DNA of 38,872 bases. Source: Octopus bimaculoides (lineage: Eukaryota). Positions within the stretch are counted from its first letter, which is position 1; every line of letters starts with the position of its first letter. The stretch is from NCBI RefSeq assembly GCF_001194135.2, contig NC_068982.1:4058271-4097142 (forward strand), given 5' to 3'. This document shows positions 1 through 11,968 of this stretch, piece after piece. The notes beneath the pieces are model-generated. The model did no database searches. It had not been told where the DNA came from and saw nothing but the letters and a program-made list of their open reading frames with translations. Both the position numbers and the translations under genes were made by a program.

Positions 1-174
1 GTAAAAGCACCCACTACACTCTCTGAGTGGTTGGCGTTAGGAAGGGCATCCAGCTGTAGAAACTCTGCCAAATCAGACTGGAGCCTGGTGTTGCCATCCG
101 GTTTCACCAGTCCTCAGTCAAATCGTCCAACCCATGCTAGCATGGAAAGCGTACATTAAACGATGATGATGATG
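1..174 (+). mobile_element. SINE-like family C, 3' part with (GAT)n tail
   Basis: gtaaaagcacccactacac...aagggcatccagctgtag...ttaaacgatgatgat; eight related copies in the window. Confidence 0.85.
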
Positions 175-177
175 GCT

Positions 178-506
178 GAGACCCCCTTCGGTCATGACTG
201 ACCATGGGATTGCACCTAGAAAGTTACCCTCCAAGGCACAAGTTCTGGGCAAGTTTGTTTATGGAAAACCAACAGTCGCCCATGCATACCAGCCTCCCTT
301 CTCCACGACACAAATGTTATCCAAGGGAAAGGCAAAGGCTGATACAGCTTGGGACCTGTGACGTCGCAACTCATTTCTACAGCTGAGTGAACTGGAGCAA
401 CGTGTAATAAAGTGATTTGCTCAAGAGCACAAGATGCACCCTGGTCCAGGAATCGAACTCACAACCTCACGCTTGTAAGCTCGACACTCTAACCATTGAG
501 CCATGC
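178..506 (-). mobile_element. tRNA-headed SINE (E-type head/core, different tail)
   Basis: The minus strand has A-box and GTTCGATTCC B-box motifs, then the cacgttgctccagttcactcagctg core shared with 28337 and 29188; the tail is unrelated to those copies. Confidence 0.75.
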
Positions 507-589
507 TAATGATAATAATATTTATATGAATATCCATTTGAATATTTACTCATTTATAGATATATATATATGCACATCTATGCATGTGT

Positions 590-798
590 GTGTCGTATGT
601 TTGTCCCCACTACCACTTGACAACTGGTGTTGATGTGTTTATGGTCCTGTAACATTCATGGTTTGGCCAAAAAGACTGATAGAATAAATATGAGGCTTAA
701 AAAAAAAAATTCTGGGATTGATTTGTTTTAGCAAAAAATGCTTCAGAGTGGTACCCCAGCATGGCCACAGTTTTATGACCAAAACAAGTAAAAGATAA
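590..798 (+). mobile_element. SINE tail family B
   Basis: cttgacaactggtgttg...gatagaataa...ccagcatggccacag...aaacaagtaaaaga; matches 2066, 7357 and 27083. Confidence 0.8.
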
Positions 799-1350
799 AT
801 CCAAAATAGAAGAACTCATCCCACTTCTACCTGTAGGCATTAGAAGAATTCAACTCAGCCCTACTGGCTAACAAAATATTTCTCATTCTTTCAGAAACAG
901 GAATGAACTCTTTGTGTTTCTGGTGTTTATTAAATGTTAAACAAACAGAAAAACTGAATGCCTTGACCAAGGACGCGTTTAAAGACTGATGATAAGATAT
1001 GAACAGTTGTCCAGTTGCTCTTTTTCCAGCTCTCTTTGTAGCAATTCTTTTTGTTTAAAAGACAAAAACGAAAGCTAAAAATGTTAATCCGAACGCTTTG
1101 TTGTAAAGTGTTGTTGAATTAGCTTCTTTAAGTTTTAATGGTTATTAAGCTTGATAAATTAACCTCGGATAATTAGTCCTAAATAACTGTATATAGTGAA
1201 TTGTGTTTTTTCTATTAACGCTTTCAGCTAATAATTAAAATATCTCTAATGTCATTTTCATTAAATAGCAAAAACAGTGAATGGTATTTAAGAAATGTAG
1301 AGTGCCATCTGGTTTTGAGAAAGAAATTTAGAAATTTAGTTTATTTATTG

Positions 1351-1351
<1 letters not shown>

Positions 1352-1382
<31 letters not shown>

Positions 1383-1420
1383 NNNNNNNNNNGTGTGTGT
1401 GTGTGTGTGTGTGTGTGTGT
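1352..1420. repeat. (TG)n microsatellite with a 10-N gap
   Basis: Direct reading. Confidence 0.95.
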
Positions 1421-1692
1421 AGGGATAAGAAAGTAATGTTTTACTCTGTTCATTAAATTGATTAGGTAAATTTATTTTAGTAGCCATTATTTACTTTAAA
1501 TATTTTTGTCTGCATCGTTAATGAATCATTAATGAATCACCTCACATTCTTGTTGATTGATTCAGTAAAATATTCTGTTGAAGTGATTTCTGTCTCAAAT
1601 GAATTTGTTTTAACGAAGTCATAAAAGGCAGATGTTTTCTTTTTGACTCCTGAATGTTGCAATAAAGTTATTTCATTTCACTTGTTTTACAG

Positions 1693-1750
1693 GCGATAGC
1701 TTTGAGAACGGCACGAATGATTCAGTACTATTTTCTTTTGCCGCCAAAAG
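1693..1750 (+). CDS. Probable internal coding exon of an uncharacterised multi-exon gene (xDSFENGTNDSVLFSFAAK-R)
   Basis: cttgttttacag acceptor, open frame, ends in phase 2 (AG|gtcaac), which joins the phase-2 start of the 6943 exon (AG+G=Arg). The donor is weak. Confidence 0.6.
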
Positions 1751-1882
1751 GTCAACAGGACCAATTATCTAATGATTATGAAAAGTCAAAAGTTTAAGTC
1801 TATTTATCACACTCATTGGTAGTTAAATAAAATTTCAGTGTTTTGAACTAGGGTCAAATATTATAAAGGTAAACATAGAGCA

Positions 1883-2256
1883 GGGAGTGGCTGTGTGGTA
1901 AGAAGCTTGCTTACCAACCACATGGTTCCAGGTTCAGTCCCACTGCGTGGCACCTTGGGCAAGTGTCTTCTACTATAGCCTCGGGCTGACCAAAGCCTTG
2001 TAAGTGAATTTGTTACATGGAAACTGAAAGAAGCCCATTGTATATATATATGTGTATGTTTGTGTGTTTGTGTTACTTGACAACTGATGCTGGTGTGTTT
2101 ACGCCCCTGTAACTTAGCGGTTCGGCAAAAGACACCAATAGAATAAGTACTAGGCTTACAAGGAGTAAGTTCTGGGGTTGATTTATTCAGCTAAAGGCGG
2201 TGCTCCAGCATGGCCGCAGTCAGATGACTGAAACAAATGAAAGAATAAAGAATATA
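1883..2256 (+). mobile_element. tRNA-derived SINE: head A + (TA)/(TG) linker + tail B
   Basis: ggagtggctgtgtggtaag (A box), ggttcagtccc (B box), ccttgggcaagtgtctt core; continuous with the family B tail. Confidence 0.85.
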
Positions 2257-2289
2257 AAGTTGCTGGCGTCATCATCTTCGTCATCGTTG

Positions 2290-2460
2290 TCATCATTGTC
2301 ATCATCATCATCATTTAACATTTGTTTTCCATGCTGGCATGGGTTGGAATGTTTGACAAGGAGCTGGCAAGCCAGAGGTCTGCACCAGACTCCAGCTGTC
2401 TGTTTTGGCAGGGTTTTTGCAGCTGGATGCCCTTCTTAATGCCAAATACTTTACAAGAAT
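2290..2460 (-). mobile_element. SINE-like family C copy (diverged)
   Basis: (CAT)n then ttccatgctggcatgggttgg...ctggatgcccttcttaatgccaa. Confidence 0.8.
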
Positions 2461-2830
2461 GTGCCGAGTGCGTTTTACATGGTGCCAACATGGTTATTGT
2501 TTAGGTGACACTAGCATGGGTGCCTTCTATGTGGCACAAGCGCAGGTGATCTTTTGCATGATGTCAGCATGGGTGTGCTCTTATGTGGTGCCTGCATGGG
2601 TACCTTTTTCTGTGGCTCCAACATAAGTGCATATTTTCATGGTGGCACCATGGGTGCTTTTTACATGGGACCAGCATAGGTGGTCTTTTGCATGGAACCA
2701 GCATGGATTGTTTATGTGGAGCTAGCATGGGTGCTTTATACATGGTGCCAACACACAAGTGCCTCTTAAGTGGTGCCTGCATGGGTACTTTTTATGTGAC
2801 ACCAGCACAAGTGCTTTTTACATGGCACCA
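2460..2830. repeat. Degenerate ~25-30 bp minisatellite derived from the family C internal motif
   Basis: More than 10 imperfect units resembling gggtgcttttacatggcaccagcat, directly continuing the SINE copy. Confidence 0.75.
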
Positions 2831-3296
2831 TTCTTGGTATCAATTCTTAAAGAGTGAAAGAAACCAAATATTGTGTCACGGTCTGGAATTTCCATCATCC
2901 CATGTTAGCATGGGTTTGGATACGAATGTATCTGAGTCATGGTTTTATGGCTGGGTGCATTTGCTGTCACCAACCTTCACCTGTTTTCCAAGTAAGGGAT
3001 ATTTTGTTCCATAGGTTTCTGTAGGCATCAAGCAACCTATCAGGATGTTACCAAGGAATATGAACACCATTTGTTATTTATCGAAGCAAAGGTGAAGAGC
3101 TGGAAGAATTGTTTGGTTAATGGCAATTTGTGGGTCTTTATGTTCTGAGGTCAAATTCTTCTCAGGTCACCGTTGGAAAACTGATTACAGCAGTGACTCG
3201 ATCAATTCCTAGTGATATCTGAAAAAGGAATTTTTATATTCTGAAATATTATTATTATATCAGACTATGGATAATTAAATTATAACAGTTATTATA

Positions 3297-3523
3297 TATT
3301 TCTTTATTGCCCACAAGGGGGCTAAACATAGAGGGGACAAACGACGATAGACAAAGGGCTTGTCGATTACATAGACCTCAGTGCGTAACTGGTACTTATT
3401 TACTTCACCCTGAAAGGATGAAAGGCAAAGTCGACCTCGGCAGAATTTGAACTCAGAATGTTATGGCAGACGAAATACCGCTAAACATTTTGCCCGGCCT
3501 GCTAACGCTTCTGCCATCTCGCC
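3297..3523 (-). mobile_element. tRNA-derived SINE family D, near full length
   Basis: Reverse complement of ggcgagctggcagaa..gttagc...ttctgagttcaaattctgccgaggtcgactttgcctttcatcc...ccccttgtgggcaataaagaaata. Confidence 0.85.
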
Positions 3524-3774
3524 GCCTTATAACAGTTATTATAGTCCACTCTGCAATGTTGTGCCATTCAAGACACATTATATTTCACAAACAGTACACA
3601 ATGCTTCAAGCAAATTACAATACTCTCCAAATAATAATGAACTTATTGTATACAGTGCTCAGGTGTTCTACAATTCCTCAGAAAAAAGTAGGCAAAAAGG
3701 GCATGAACAGTAGATAGAATAATGTAGAAGAAATGAACAGTGAATGAGTTGTTTAAAAAAAAAAAAGGCAGGAC

Positions 3775-4060
3775 ATGAAGTGTACTGATGGTAATATTTT
3801 AGGAAGCATGGAAGTTTTGAAGGATGCAGTGTCCCGATAGCTATCAGCCAATGTAGGTAGTTTACTCCATGTTTCAGTGATTCCGAGTGTGAAAAAATGT
3901 TTCTGAAAGTCATGGGTGCTCATATTGTTTCTTGATTTTGTAAGCATGTCCATGGCTGTCAGACAAATGGAATTCAAAAAAGTGGCCAAGGTTGTTGTTG
4001 GAAAGATGGTGGATAAACTTGTGGGCGTCTGCCAAGTCATTTGCCAGACATCGGAGCTTT
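3775..4060 (-). mobile_element. CR1/L2-like LINE 3' end fossil
   Basis: The minus frame reads HDFQKHFFTLGITETWSKLP...TASFKTSML, resembling the CR1-group ORF2 C-terminal FFxxRVxxxWNxLP...FK motif. Confidence 0.7.
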
Positions 4061-4559
4061 AATGTGAGTTGGTAGTAATTTAAATAGATTTGATGGCATG
4101 TTGCTTAAAACTAGAGAAGGTAAGGTAGAAGATTGTTTCCTTGTTAAGAGCTGTGATTGTGTGTTGACCCATAAACATGGTATATTACAATCAATCCAGC
4201 ATTTAATCATTAACTCTAATTATGTGACTGACTCAGCAAAGGATTTAAGTTAACATTGTGGATTAAGGATTATTGAAACAATATATTGACATTAGCATAA
4301 AGGAAATATGAGTGACTCAGAAATTCCATTTCATATGATTAAATTCTTATATTTTTCATTGTGTTGATTAAAAAAAAATATAAACAATAGGCGCAATGTG
4401 TGGCCAATGCTTATGTTATATTGTATTATGTTATATTGTATTATGTTGTATTGTATTATTTGTTTACAAGATATAAGATAAAAAAATTGTCAACTTTTAT
4501 TATATTCATTATATATATATTGTTTCTGGTATAAATTAATATGACTAAGAAAATACTCC

Positions 4560-4857
4560 AGCTTCGCCTTACTGGCACTTGTGCCGGTGGCATGTCAACA
4601 AAACATTGGACTGACTCCTGTGCAGGTGGCACGTAAAAAACACCATTTGAGCTTGGCTGTTGCTAGTACCGCCGGACTGGCCCTCGTGCCGGTGGCACGT
4701 AAAAGCACCCACTACACCCTCAGAGTGGTTGGCGTTAGGAAGGGCATCCAGCTGTAGAAACTTTGCCAGATTAGATTGGAGCCTGGTGCAGCCATCTGGT
4801 TCACCAGTCCCCAGTCAAATCGTCCAACCCATGCCAGCATAGAAAGCGGACGTTAAA
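4560..4857 (+). mobile_element. SINE-like family C copy running into an assembly gap
   Basis: Repeated ggtggcacgtaaaa motifs, then the body through gcggacgttaaa; high identity to 1-174. Confidence 0.88.
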
Positions 4858-5391
4858 NNNNNNNNNNNNNNNNNNNNNNNNNNNNNNNNNNNNNNNNNNN
4901 NNNNNNNNNNNNNNNNNNNNNNNNNNNNNNNNNNNNNNNNNNNNNNNNNNNNNNNNNNNNNNNNNNNNNNNNNNNNNNNNNNNNNNNNNNNNNNNNNNNN
5001 NNNNNNNNNNNNNNNNNNNNNNNNNNNNNNNNNNNNNNNNNNNNNNNNNNNNNNNNNNNNNNNNNNNNNNNNNNNNNNNNNNNNNNNNNNNNNNNNNNNN
5101 NNNNNNNNNNNNNNNNNNNNNNNNNNNNNNNNNNNNNNNNNNNNNNNNNNNNNNNNNNNNNNNNNNNNNNNNNNNNNNNNNNNNNNNNNNNNNNNNNNNN
5201 NNNNNNNNNNNNNNNNNNNNNNNNNNNNNNNNNNNNNNNNNNNNNNNNNNNNNNNNNNNNNNNNNNNNNNNNNNNNNNNNNNNNNNNNNNNNNNNNNNNN
5301 NNNNNNNNNNNNNNNNNNNNNNNNNNNNNNNNNNNNNNNNNNNNNNNNNNNNNNNNNNNNNNNNNNNNNNNNNNNNNNNNNNNNNNNNNNN
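4858..5391. other. Assembly gap (other large gaps at 22452-22938, 23807-23883, 25932-26398, 36990-37582)
   Basis: N runs abutting repeats or microsatellites. Confidence 0.99.
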
Positions 5392-5432
<41 letters not shown>

Positions 5433-5850
5433 TACGTCACAACTAGTTGGTTGTCATAATAAACAACTAGTTGTCACATATTATATTTCTAGATAAATTC
5501 CTCCATTTTACATAATATCGAGGTCTCATTCATTCTTTTATTGTCATATTATTATTATTATTATTATTCTTCTATGATATAAATTAGACGTGGGCGATCA
5601 TTGTATTTTTTCTTATCTTGAGGTTCACAGCCAAACGGCTGGGTGGATTCATGTGTAAATGGCACACATGTGGAGACGGGTGCATAGATTGGAATGCGGT
5701 TTGTATTTTTTCCTAGCCCCCATAGTTACCGAGAAAATCGATTAAAACTTTTTCTACTGGAATTTCCCTGCCATTAAAATAACCAGTTGCTCACACAGCC
5801 GGCATATACCATTTCGCTAGCAACAAGGGGAGTACAGGATGAGTCAGCCA

Positions 5851-6140
5851 AAGCCATTCATACATACATACATAACCTCTCCCTCCCTTTCTCTGTCAGT
5901 CACACATTCACTCACTACAAAAAGTGAATAACAAAATTTCAGTTAACTCTCTCTTGGCCATACATAGATACATACATCTATGTATACATACATACATAAC
6001 AACCTGCATGCGTGTGTGTTTGTGTTACTGAAGCCATTCATACATGCATATTTACATAACCTCTCTCTCGCTTTAACTCTGTCAATCACTCACACATTCA
6101 CTCACTACAAAAACTGGATAAAAAAAATTTCACTTATCTC
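5851..6140 (+). repeat. Diverged direct duplication with ~180 bp period
   Basis: aagccattcatacat...cacacattcactcactacaaaaa...aaaatttca at 5851 and 6031. Confidence 0.75.
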
Positions 6141-6439
6141 TCTTTTTCTATCTTTCTCTCTCTCTCTCTCATATATACACACTCCATCAACATTACTCTG
6201 TCTCTTCACACACACTCACAAAAGCAATTCATATACATATCACACATTCTGTCTCGCACACCCTATCAAACACACACACACATACACACTCACACACACA
6301 CACACACGCACACATCAATTCTTCCGCTTCACGCCAACTTTAAAAGAACTTCACTCATACGATTGCGCTCTCTCTGTCTCTTTCGCGCCAACTTCAAAAG
6401 ATCCCCCCCCCATTTAAAAAAATTAAATTTTTTTACAGA

Positions 6440-6521
6440 AACCGACAATCATCTTCAAAAATGTGACATTTGTACTCAGAGCCAGAGTTGGTTTCAGCCA
6501 GGTTGGTCGTGAAAGGGTTAA
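6440..6521 (+). mobile_element. piggyBac-like MITE right end (probably the end of a longer element starting near 5430)
   Basis: gacatttgtactcagagccag...ggttggtcgtgaaaggg|TTAA is shared with the right end of 11527-11746. Confidence 0.6.
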
Positions 6522-6569
6522 TGTAACTAATAGCTTGTCAGTCTTGATTAAACAGATATACAGTGAAAG

Positions 6570-6730
6570 GCATTCCAGCCATGATCATCATGTCTTTTTT
6601 TTTTTCCAAACAGTATGCTTTATCCTAGACTATATTATCTAATATATTCTTTTTTTAAGTTGACAAGGTTGTTTTAAGGAAGAGTTGGCTACTATTTCTA
6701 GCAGGTCAAGCAATCATGTAAAGGCTCCCT
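6570..6730 (-). mobile_element. Old SINE-like repeat fragment (family G)
   Basis: The ctatttctagcaggtcaagcaatcatgtaaaggctccc motif recurs degenerately near 21670, 27345 and (reverse) 35660. Confidence 0.5.
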
Positions 6731-6942
6731 TGTTGCAGTGTTAAGCTCAAATCCATTCATGGACATGGGGAAGGCAAGAAGAAACCAATGTGTATTCTTC
6801 TTAGAATCAACACATAACCCCACCTTCACCCCTCTTCCCATCCTGTGAAATATTTAGCAATATTCCCCACTTCAGATTCTTTCAGGAAACTATTTCCAAA
6901 GCCATTTGGTTGTGTCTAACCAATTTTTTTTTCTTGTTTCAG

Positions 6943-7096
6943 GTATATAGATTTTGAAAATTGCATTGTAAAGCGAATGAAGAAGAAATCTCATGAAGTT
7001 CTTTGTGTCATAACAGGTGTAGTCTACCCTGTATCGGATATGAAAATTGCCAAACAAAGCACTCTGTCGGAGGATGGTAAAATCAAGACCGATGTG
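6943..7096 (+). CDS. Internal coding exon (YIDFENCIVKRMKKKSHEVLCVITGVVYPVSDMKIAKQSTLSEDGKIKTDV)
   Basis: Long pyrimidine tract + ttcag acceptor, GTG|gtgagt donor, 154 nt open, phase 2 to 0. Confidence 0.88.
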
Positions 7097-7356
7097 GTGA
7101 GTATTGTTTTTGACAAAGTAACAAATTCTTCTTTGTTTCGATGGAATTAAGAACTTTGAAACCGAGTTGTTTGTTTCAAGAAGGTTCAAAGAATAGGACT
7201 GTCTTAAAAAGGATACAAGAAGTAAATATATATATATTGATTTTGGATTTCATTACCAAACAATCTTTGCCTGAGCATTCTTCTTAAGACTGGTTTTCTG
7301 AAACTGGAAGAAAATAATAATAATAATAATATAAACAAAGAAAAATAGTTTATTCT

Positions 7357-7562
7357 TTGATTCTTTTATTCTTTTAATTGTTTCAGTCATTTGACTGTGG
7401 CCATGCTGAAGCACCACCTTTTAGTTGGGCAAATCGACCCCAGGACTTATTCTTTGTAAGCCCAGTACTTATTCTATTGGTCTCTTTTTGCTGAACCACT
7501 AAGTCACAAGGACATAAACACACCAGCATCGCATGTCAAGCGTTGTTGGGGAGGGACAAACA
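7357..7562 (-). mobile_element. SINE tail family B
   Basis: Reverse complement of the tail at 2066-2256. Confidence 0.85.
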
Positions 7563-8276
7563 CTTGATGTTTTCACACAGCTATAGAAGCAACTTCAATC
7601 TTTCTCTTGTGTATTGTTGGTATTTTCTCAGAGATAAAGAGCATTGAGGTTGTTTAAAGGCACCAACCAAAATATCAAGGTCTTGTTGATATGTTCGACA
7701 ACTTTGAATGTGATGAAAACTCTCATCAGCCAAATCATTTTTCCCATGTCACTGAAGTGGTCAGTGAAGTGACTTATGTAGGAAGTCCACTTTTTAATTG
7801 TCCGAGCCATGGAATTGCTGAACCTGGCTGGCATATTGATTTTAGTAGTAAAATACACGAGCTTGAATAGCTTAATGGTGCCACCATCCTATGGTCAAGA
7901 TGAAGGGCTTGCTTTTGCTCATGAAGTAGATTAGTTTGATAAATTACCGTGAAAAACAGATAACTCTTTTTTAAAATTTTATTTGTAAGTTGTCCAAACT
8001 AAACATTTACAGAACTAATGTATTCCAATTCTACCAAACTCTCAAATCAAAAAAACCTCAAATTAACAAAATCAAAAATGTCAGGGAATTTAATCAATCC
8101 CAAGTATTTGACTGGTCCCTGTTTTATTATCAACCTTAGAAATCTCTAAAGACACCATTGAATTTGGGGAGAATGAGACGGTTGTGTCTGCTTTACAGAG
8201 ACAACTTTTTATTCTTGACACAACACTTGAACAGATAGTCTCCGTGATGGATTCAAGATGAGGACACAGTCTGGGA

Positions 8277-8312
<36 letters not shown>

Positions 8313-8338
8313 TGAGGAATTAAGTATATTAATTATTG

Positions 8339-8382
<44 letters not shown>

Positions 8383-8865
8383 ATGTATGTGTGTATCAAG
8401 AAAGAGTTATGCTGAGCTTTTAATTTCCTGATATCCCAATTTTTCTGCTAAATTTATTTACTTTTATATTTATTTCTGCATAACTATGTTATCAATGATC
8501 AATACCTTTGCCACTACCTGTCCATCTTTTATTACTTTCATTAGCTCAACTGATGCATTACCTGTGGTCAGCTCTTATTATCATTGATTCCATATCCCTT
8601 TGTTCAACATTGGATTTCAGATTCTTGGCCCAGTCTGAGCACATACTCTCTGTATCTTTTGTTACTATATAATGGACGTAATTCAATGATTTGGAAATAA
8701 AATACAAATTCATTTCGTTTTTTTTTTGGTCTTTCACAGCATATCATTAAACTTGTTCATTAAACATTACAAATATTTTTGCATAATTTTTCTAAAACTA
8801 AATAGTTTTTTTTTTTGTTTTTAAAAAGGATAATGGCAAAGTTTTTCATTTTTGTTTCTTTTTAG

Positions 8866-9070
8866 AAAAAGGAGATAGTCGATGTTGATGTTGAAGAAAA
8901 AGGATCAAAGAAGAACTCTGAAACTGTGGATATTGTTGGCAAAACAAACTTGGCCTACAATATAGTTGAGTTGAAAATCCACCCTGATGGCACCATTGGA
9001 GTTTGTATGACCGAGAACGACAAAGGTGGCTTTGATGTAGTTGACTTGTGCAGTAAAGGCGCCGAGAAAA
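8866..9070 (+). CDS. Internal coding exon (KKEIVDVDVEEKGSKKNSETVDIVGKTNLAYNIVELKIHPDGTIGVCMTENDKGGFDVVDLCSKGAEK)
   Basis: tttgtttctttttag acceptor, A|gtaatt donor, 205 nt, phase 0 to 1, compatible with both neighbours. Confidence 0.88.
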
Positions 9071-9163
9071 GTAATTATTCATTTATGCTTATATTCTTTA
9101 CATTTTTTATGCATAGAAAAGATTGGTAACTTAGTAGATTTGTAGATTTTTTTTCATCTACAG

Positions 9164-9403
9164 CAGTGGTTCTCAACTGGTGTCCCTTGGACCTTGGAGG
9201 GTCCATATCAGATTTTGGGGTTAAAATAAACTGATCATTTTTCTATTCAAAATATTTTGATTTTTTAAATACAATTCCTTATAATATTTCATTATCAAAA
9301 TACATTAAGATTTTTTTTTTAAACATGAAATGTCTATGAGGGACCAGCAGAGTAAAATGGGAACCAAAGAGTTCCATTGGTAAAAAATGGTTGAGAACCA
9401 CTG
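9164..9403. mobile_element. hAT (Charlie-like) MITE
   Basis: 14 bp terminal inverted repeats (TIRs) CAGTGGTTCTCAAC / GTTGAGAACCACTG; 8 bp TSD atctacag / acctacag (7/8). Confidence 0.9.
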
Positions 9404-10292
9404 ACCTACAGGATTATCAAGGATTTGATTTTGTTACTTTTCCCCATTGCTCAGTAAAGTAGTGGAACCAGTCCCCTCCACTGGGGCTGTAAAACAGGGG
9501 TAAACAAATGATCATGTTTAATAAAATTAAAATAATCTTAAAGATGTCCAACACAAAGGCAAAGAAAGAAGAATTATACTGATGCAAATTCTGTTTTGTT
9601 TCCACGTTAATAAGAGGAGGAAGGAGAGAGAGGTGGGGAGCCAGTGCAGAGGAAGGGGTCAGTCTTTGCCAGTCTGAGAATGACTGATTTAGGCTCAACA
9701 CTGCAATGCAACAAAACATTTGTTAATTATACAATAATCATTCTAATTACAGTGTTGCAGTAGTTCTGTTGTAGTTTGATCAACAGACTCAATGAGGTTT
9801 AAATGTCTTGGTTAAGAACATTGGTGCAGTCATCTAATGGCATATGAACTGTTGACCTGGAATCCTAATGAGTTGGTCATCTCTAACTCAAAATAGCCAG
9901 GTGGACAGAATATTTGACATGCATCACATGTTTGCTGCAGGTATTGAAGGTAAATAACATAATGAGAGAAGAACTGAAGACCATTGTTTTTGTTTGTTTG
10001 GCATCTTTTCTGTTAGAATCCTTTTTGTTATGCTTTAACAGAGTTAAACAAATTATCATGTTTAATAAAATTAAAATAATTTAAAACTTGTCCAACACAA
10101 GTTTGACATTTTGGTTGGAATTGTCTGAGTCTGTCATAATCACTGTCTGGGAGTGAATCTTTTATATTGATAGTTTGATTTGAACACACACACACCCTCT
10201 CTCTTCATATTTTTGAATAAATCTCAATAATTCACAGGTTAATGTCATATACTCACTAAACTCCATGTGTATTTGTGATTCTTTCGGTATGT

Positions 10293-10654
10293 ATCATCAT
10301 CATTTAGCGTCCATTGTCCATGCTGGTATGGGTTGGACAGTTTGACCAGGGCTGGCCAGCTGGAAGGCTGCACCAGACTCCAGTCTGATTTGACCTGGTT
10401 TCTACGGCTGGATGCCCTTCCTAACACCAACCATTCCAAGAGTGTAATGGGTACTTTTATGTGCCACTGGCACAGGTACCATTTGCATGACACCTGTATC
10501 TGCCACGACTGTGATTTTATTTGACTTGATGGGTCGTGTTCTCAAGCATGACATAATGCCGATGGTCTCGGTCATTGCCTCCATGAACCCCAACACTCAA
10601 AAGGAGCTCAGCCACTTTGCTTCCATGAGACCCAACACTCAAGAGGTGCTTTTT
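10293..10654 (-). mobile_element. SINE-like family C copy
   Basis: (CAT)n tail, ctggatgcccttcctaacaccaaccattcc, and an internal duplicated cccaacactcaa segment. Confidence 0.85.
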
Positions 10655-11526
10655 AATGTTTATTTGTATTATAAAGTGATTATCTAAATCTGGGTGTATA
10701 TCCTTTACTAGCATGTACCAGTGTATATACCAGTGTATAGATGTGTGTGCATCTATATCCTTCTGTTTGTCTGCATGCATGGGCTGGGGAACAGGAGGTG
10801 CAGGGAGTTCGAGTGCACCTCCTAAAATATTTTGGAGGTGCAAAATCAAGATTTGTACCCCTACTTAGTTTTTTCAAGTTCAGAAAACAGTGTGGCAGAT
10901 CTGTAAAAATTAGCTTGAAGTTAGGTTTCTTTTCAAAGAACAAAAGTAAAAAAGCAACACAATAATTCCTTGTTTGTAAAAAGTTTTGGACCTGGGTTTG
11001 CATTTGCTAAGCAAATTTCATTCCTGAGCCAATGTCTGCATGACTATCTGTTGAGTAATGTGTTATAATCTAGGTTATGTTTTGAAGTTTTTTGTGAGAG
11101 AGAGATTTTCATATAAACTTGAGTACTAACAATGATTAGTATTCCACTAAATTTATTCCTTGTATATCAGTAGATGTGATTAACAGGTTGGCAACTGGCT
11201 GCTGTTGAATCATGCTAAGCAAAATGTAATTATAATATCATTATAATCCCCATTCTTCAATATAATGTTGTTGCACACGATATAGATAAGAACAACAAAG
11301 CCATTGAAGGATCTCAAACTTGTAGACAGGTTGCTTTCACTTCATCTGATAAGCCTTGTGTTTTCTATGACACAGAGAGTGGTTTAGTAACCAAAGGCCT
11401 GACAGTAGCTGTCTGAATAGACTTGACATTTGATCTGTCGATTCTGTTATGTAGGGTGGAGAAGGATTATTGAAGAAATTTAAGAACGAGTCTGTCGCCG
11501 TGGTTCTACAGTGTTTAACTGTTTAA

Positions 11527-11746
11527 CCCTTTCGTCACTGTATTTATTTTGAAATGTTCTGTGTTTCTTTCAATTACTTTAAATATAACAAAGAATTTAG
11601 TAAAATAACTTAGTTATTATTAAGCTAGTATTAGGAACATAAATTGTGACTGAGGTTTGGTGGAGGATTTTAATACAAAACTTATGAAAACAAGACATTT
11701 GTACTCAGAGCCAGAAGCGGTTTCAGGCAGGTTGGTATCAAAAGGG
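11527..11746. mobile_element. piggyBac-like MITE
   Basis: TTAA|CCCTTTCG ... CAAAAGGG|TTAA: TTAA TSD on both sides and CCCTTT/AAAGGG termini. Confidence 0.85.
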
Positions 11747-11968
11747 TTAAGAATGTTAATTACGTTTGGCTAATAGACTGTAAGAAAATATTTGTGCTGT
11801 GGGTGGGGTAGAAGGTATACTGCTGATAAACAACTGGTTGTTGCTCTATAAGCTTATGAACTAAAATTATATATTAATGGCCTGGTTAAAATTTGCAAAA
11901 TTTGTTGTCTTTAATTTGTTTATATATTAGGGTCATTAGAAAAAAAATTATAATTAATCAATAAAGAA

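Noticed and set aside
999-1058. MNSCPVALFPALFVAILFV as a signal-peptide first exon of the main gene
   Set aside because: It ends in TAA with no phase-1 donor to join exon 1693.
2460-2830. CRISPR-like array
   Set aside because: Eukaryotic context, degenerate units without unique constant-length spacers, and no cas genes.
7652-7870. About 70-codon open + frame (HQPKYQGLVDMFDNF...KIHELE*) after tttaaag as an extra exon
   Set aside because: Phase-incompatible with the 7096 donor, no donor before the stop; the minus strand weakly resembles a decayed RT segment.
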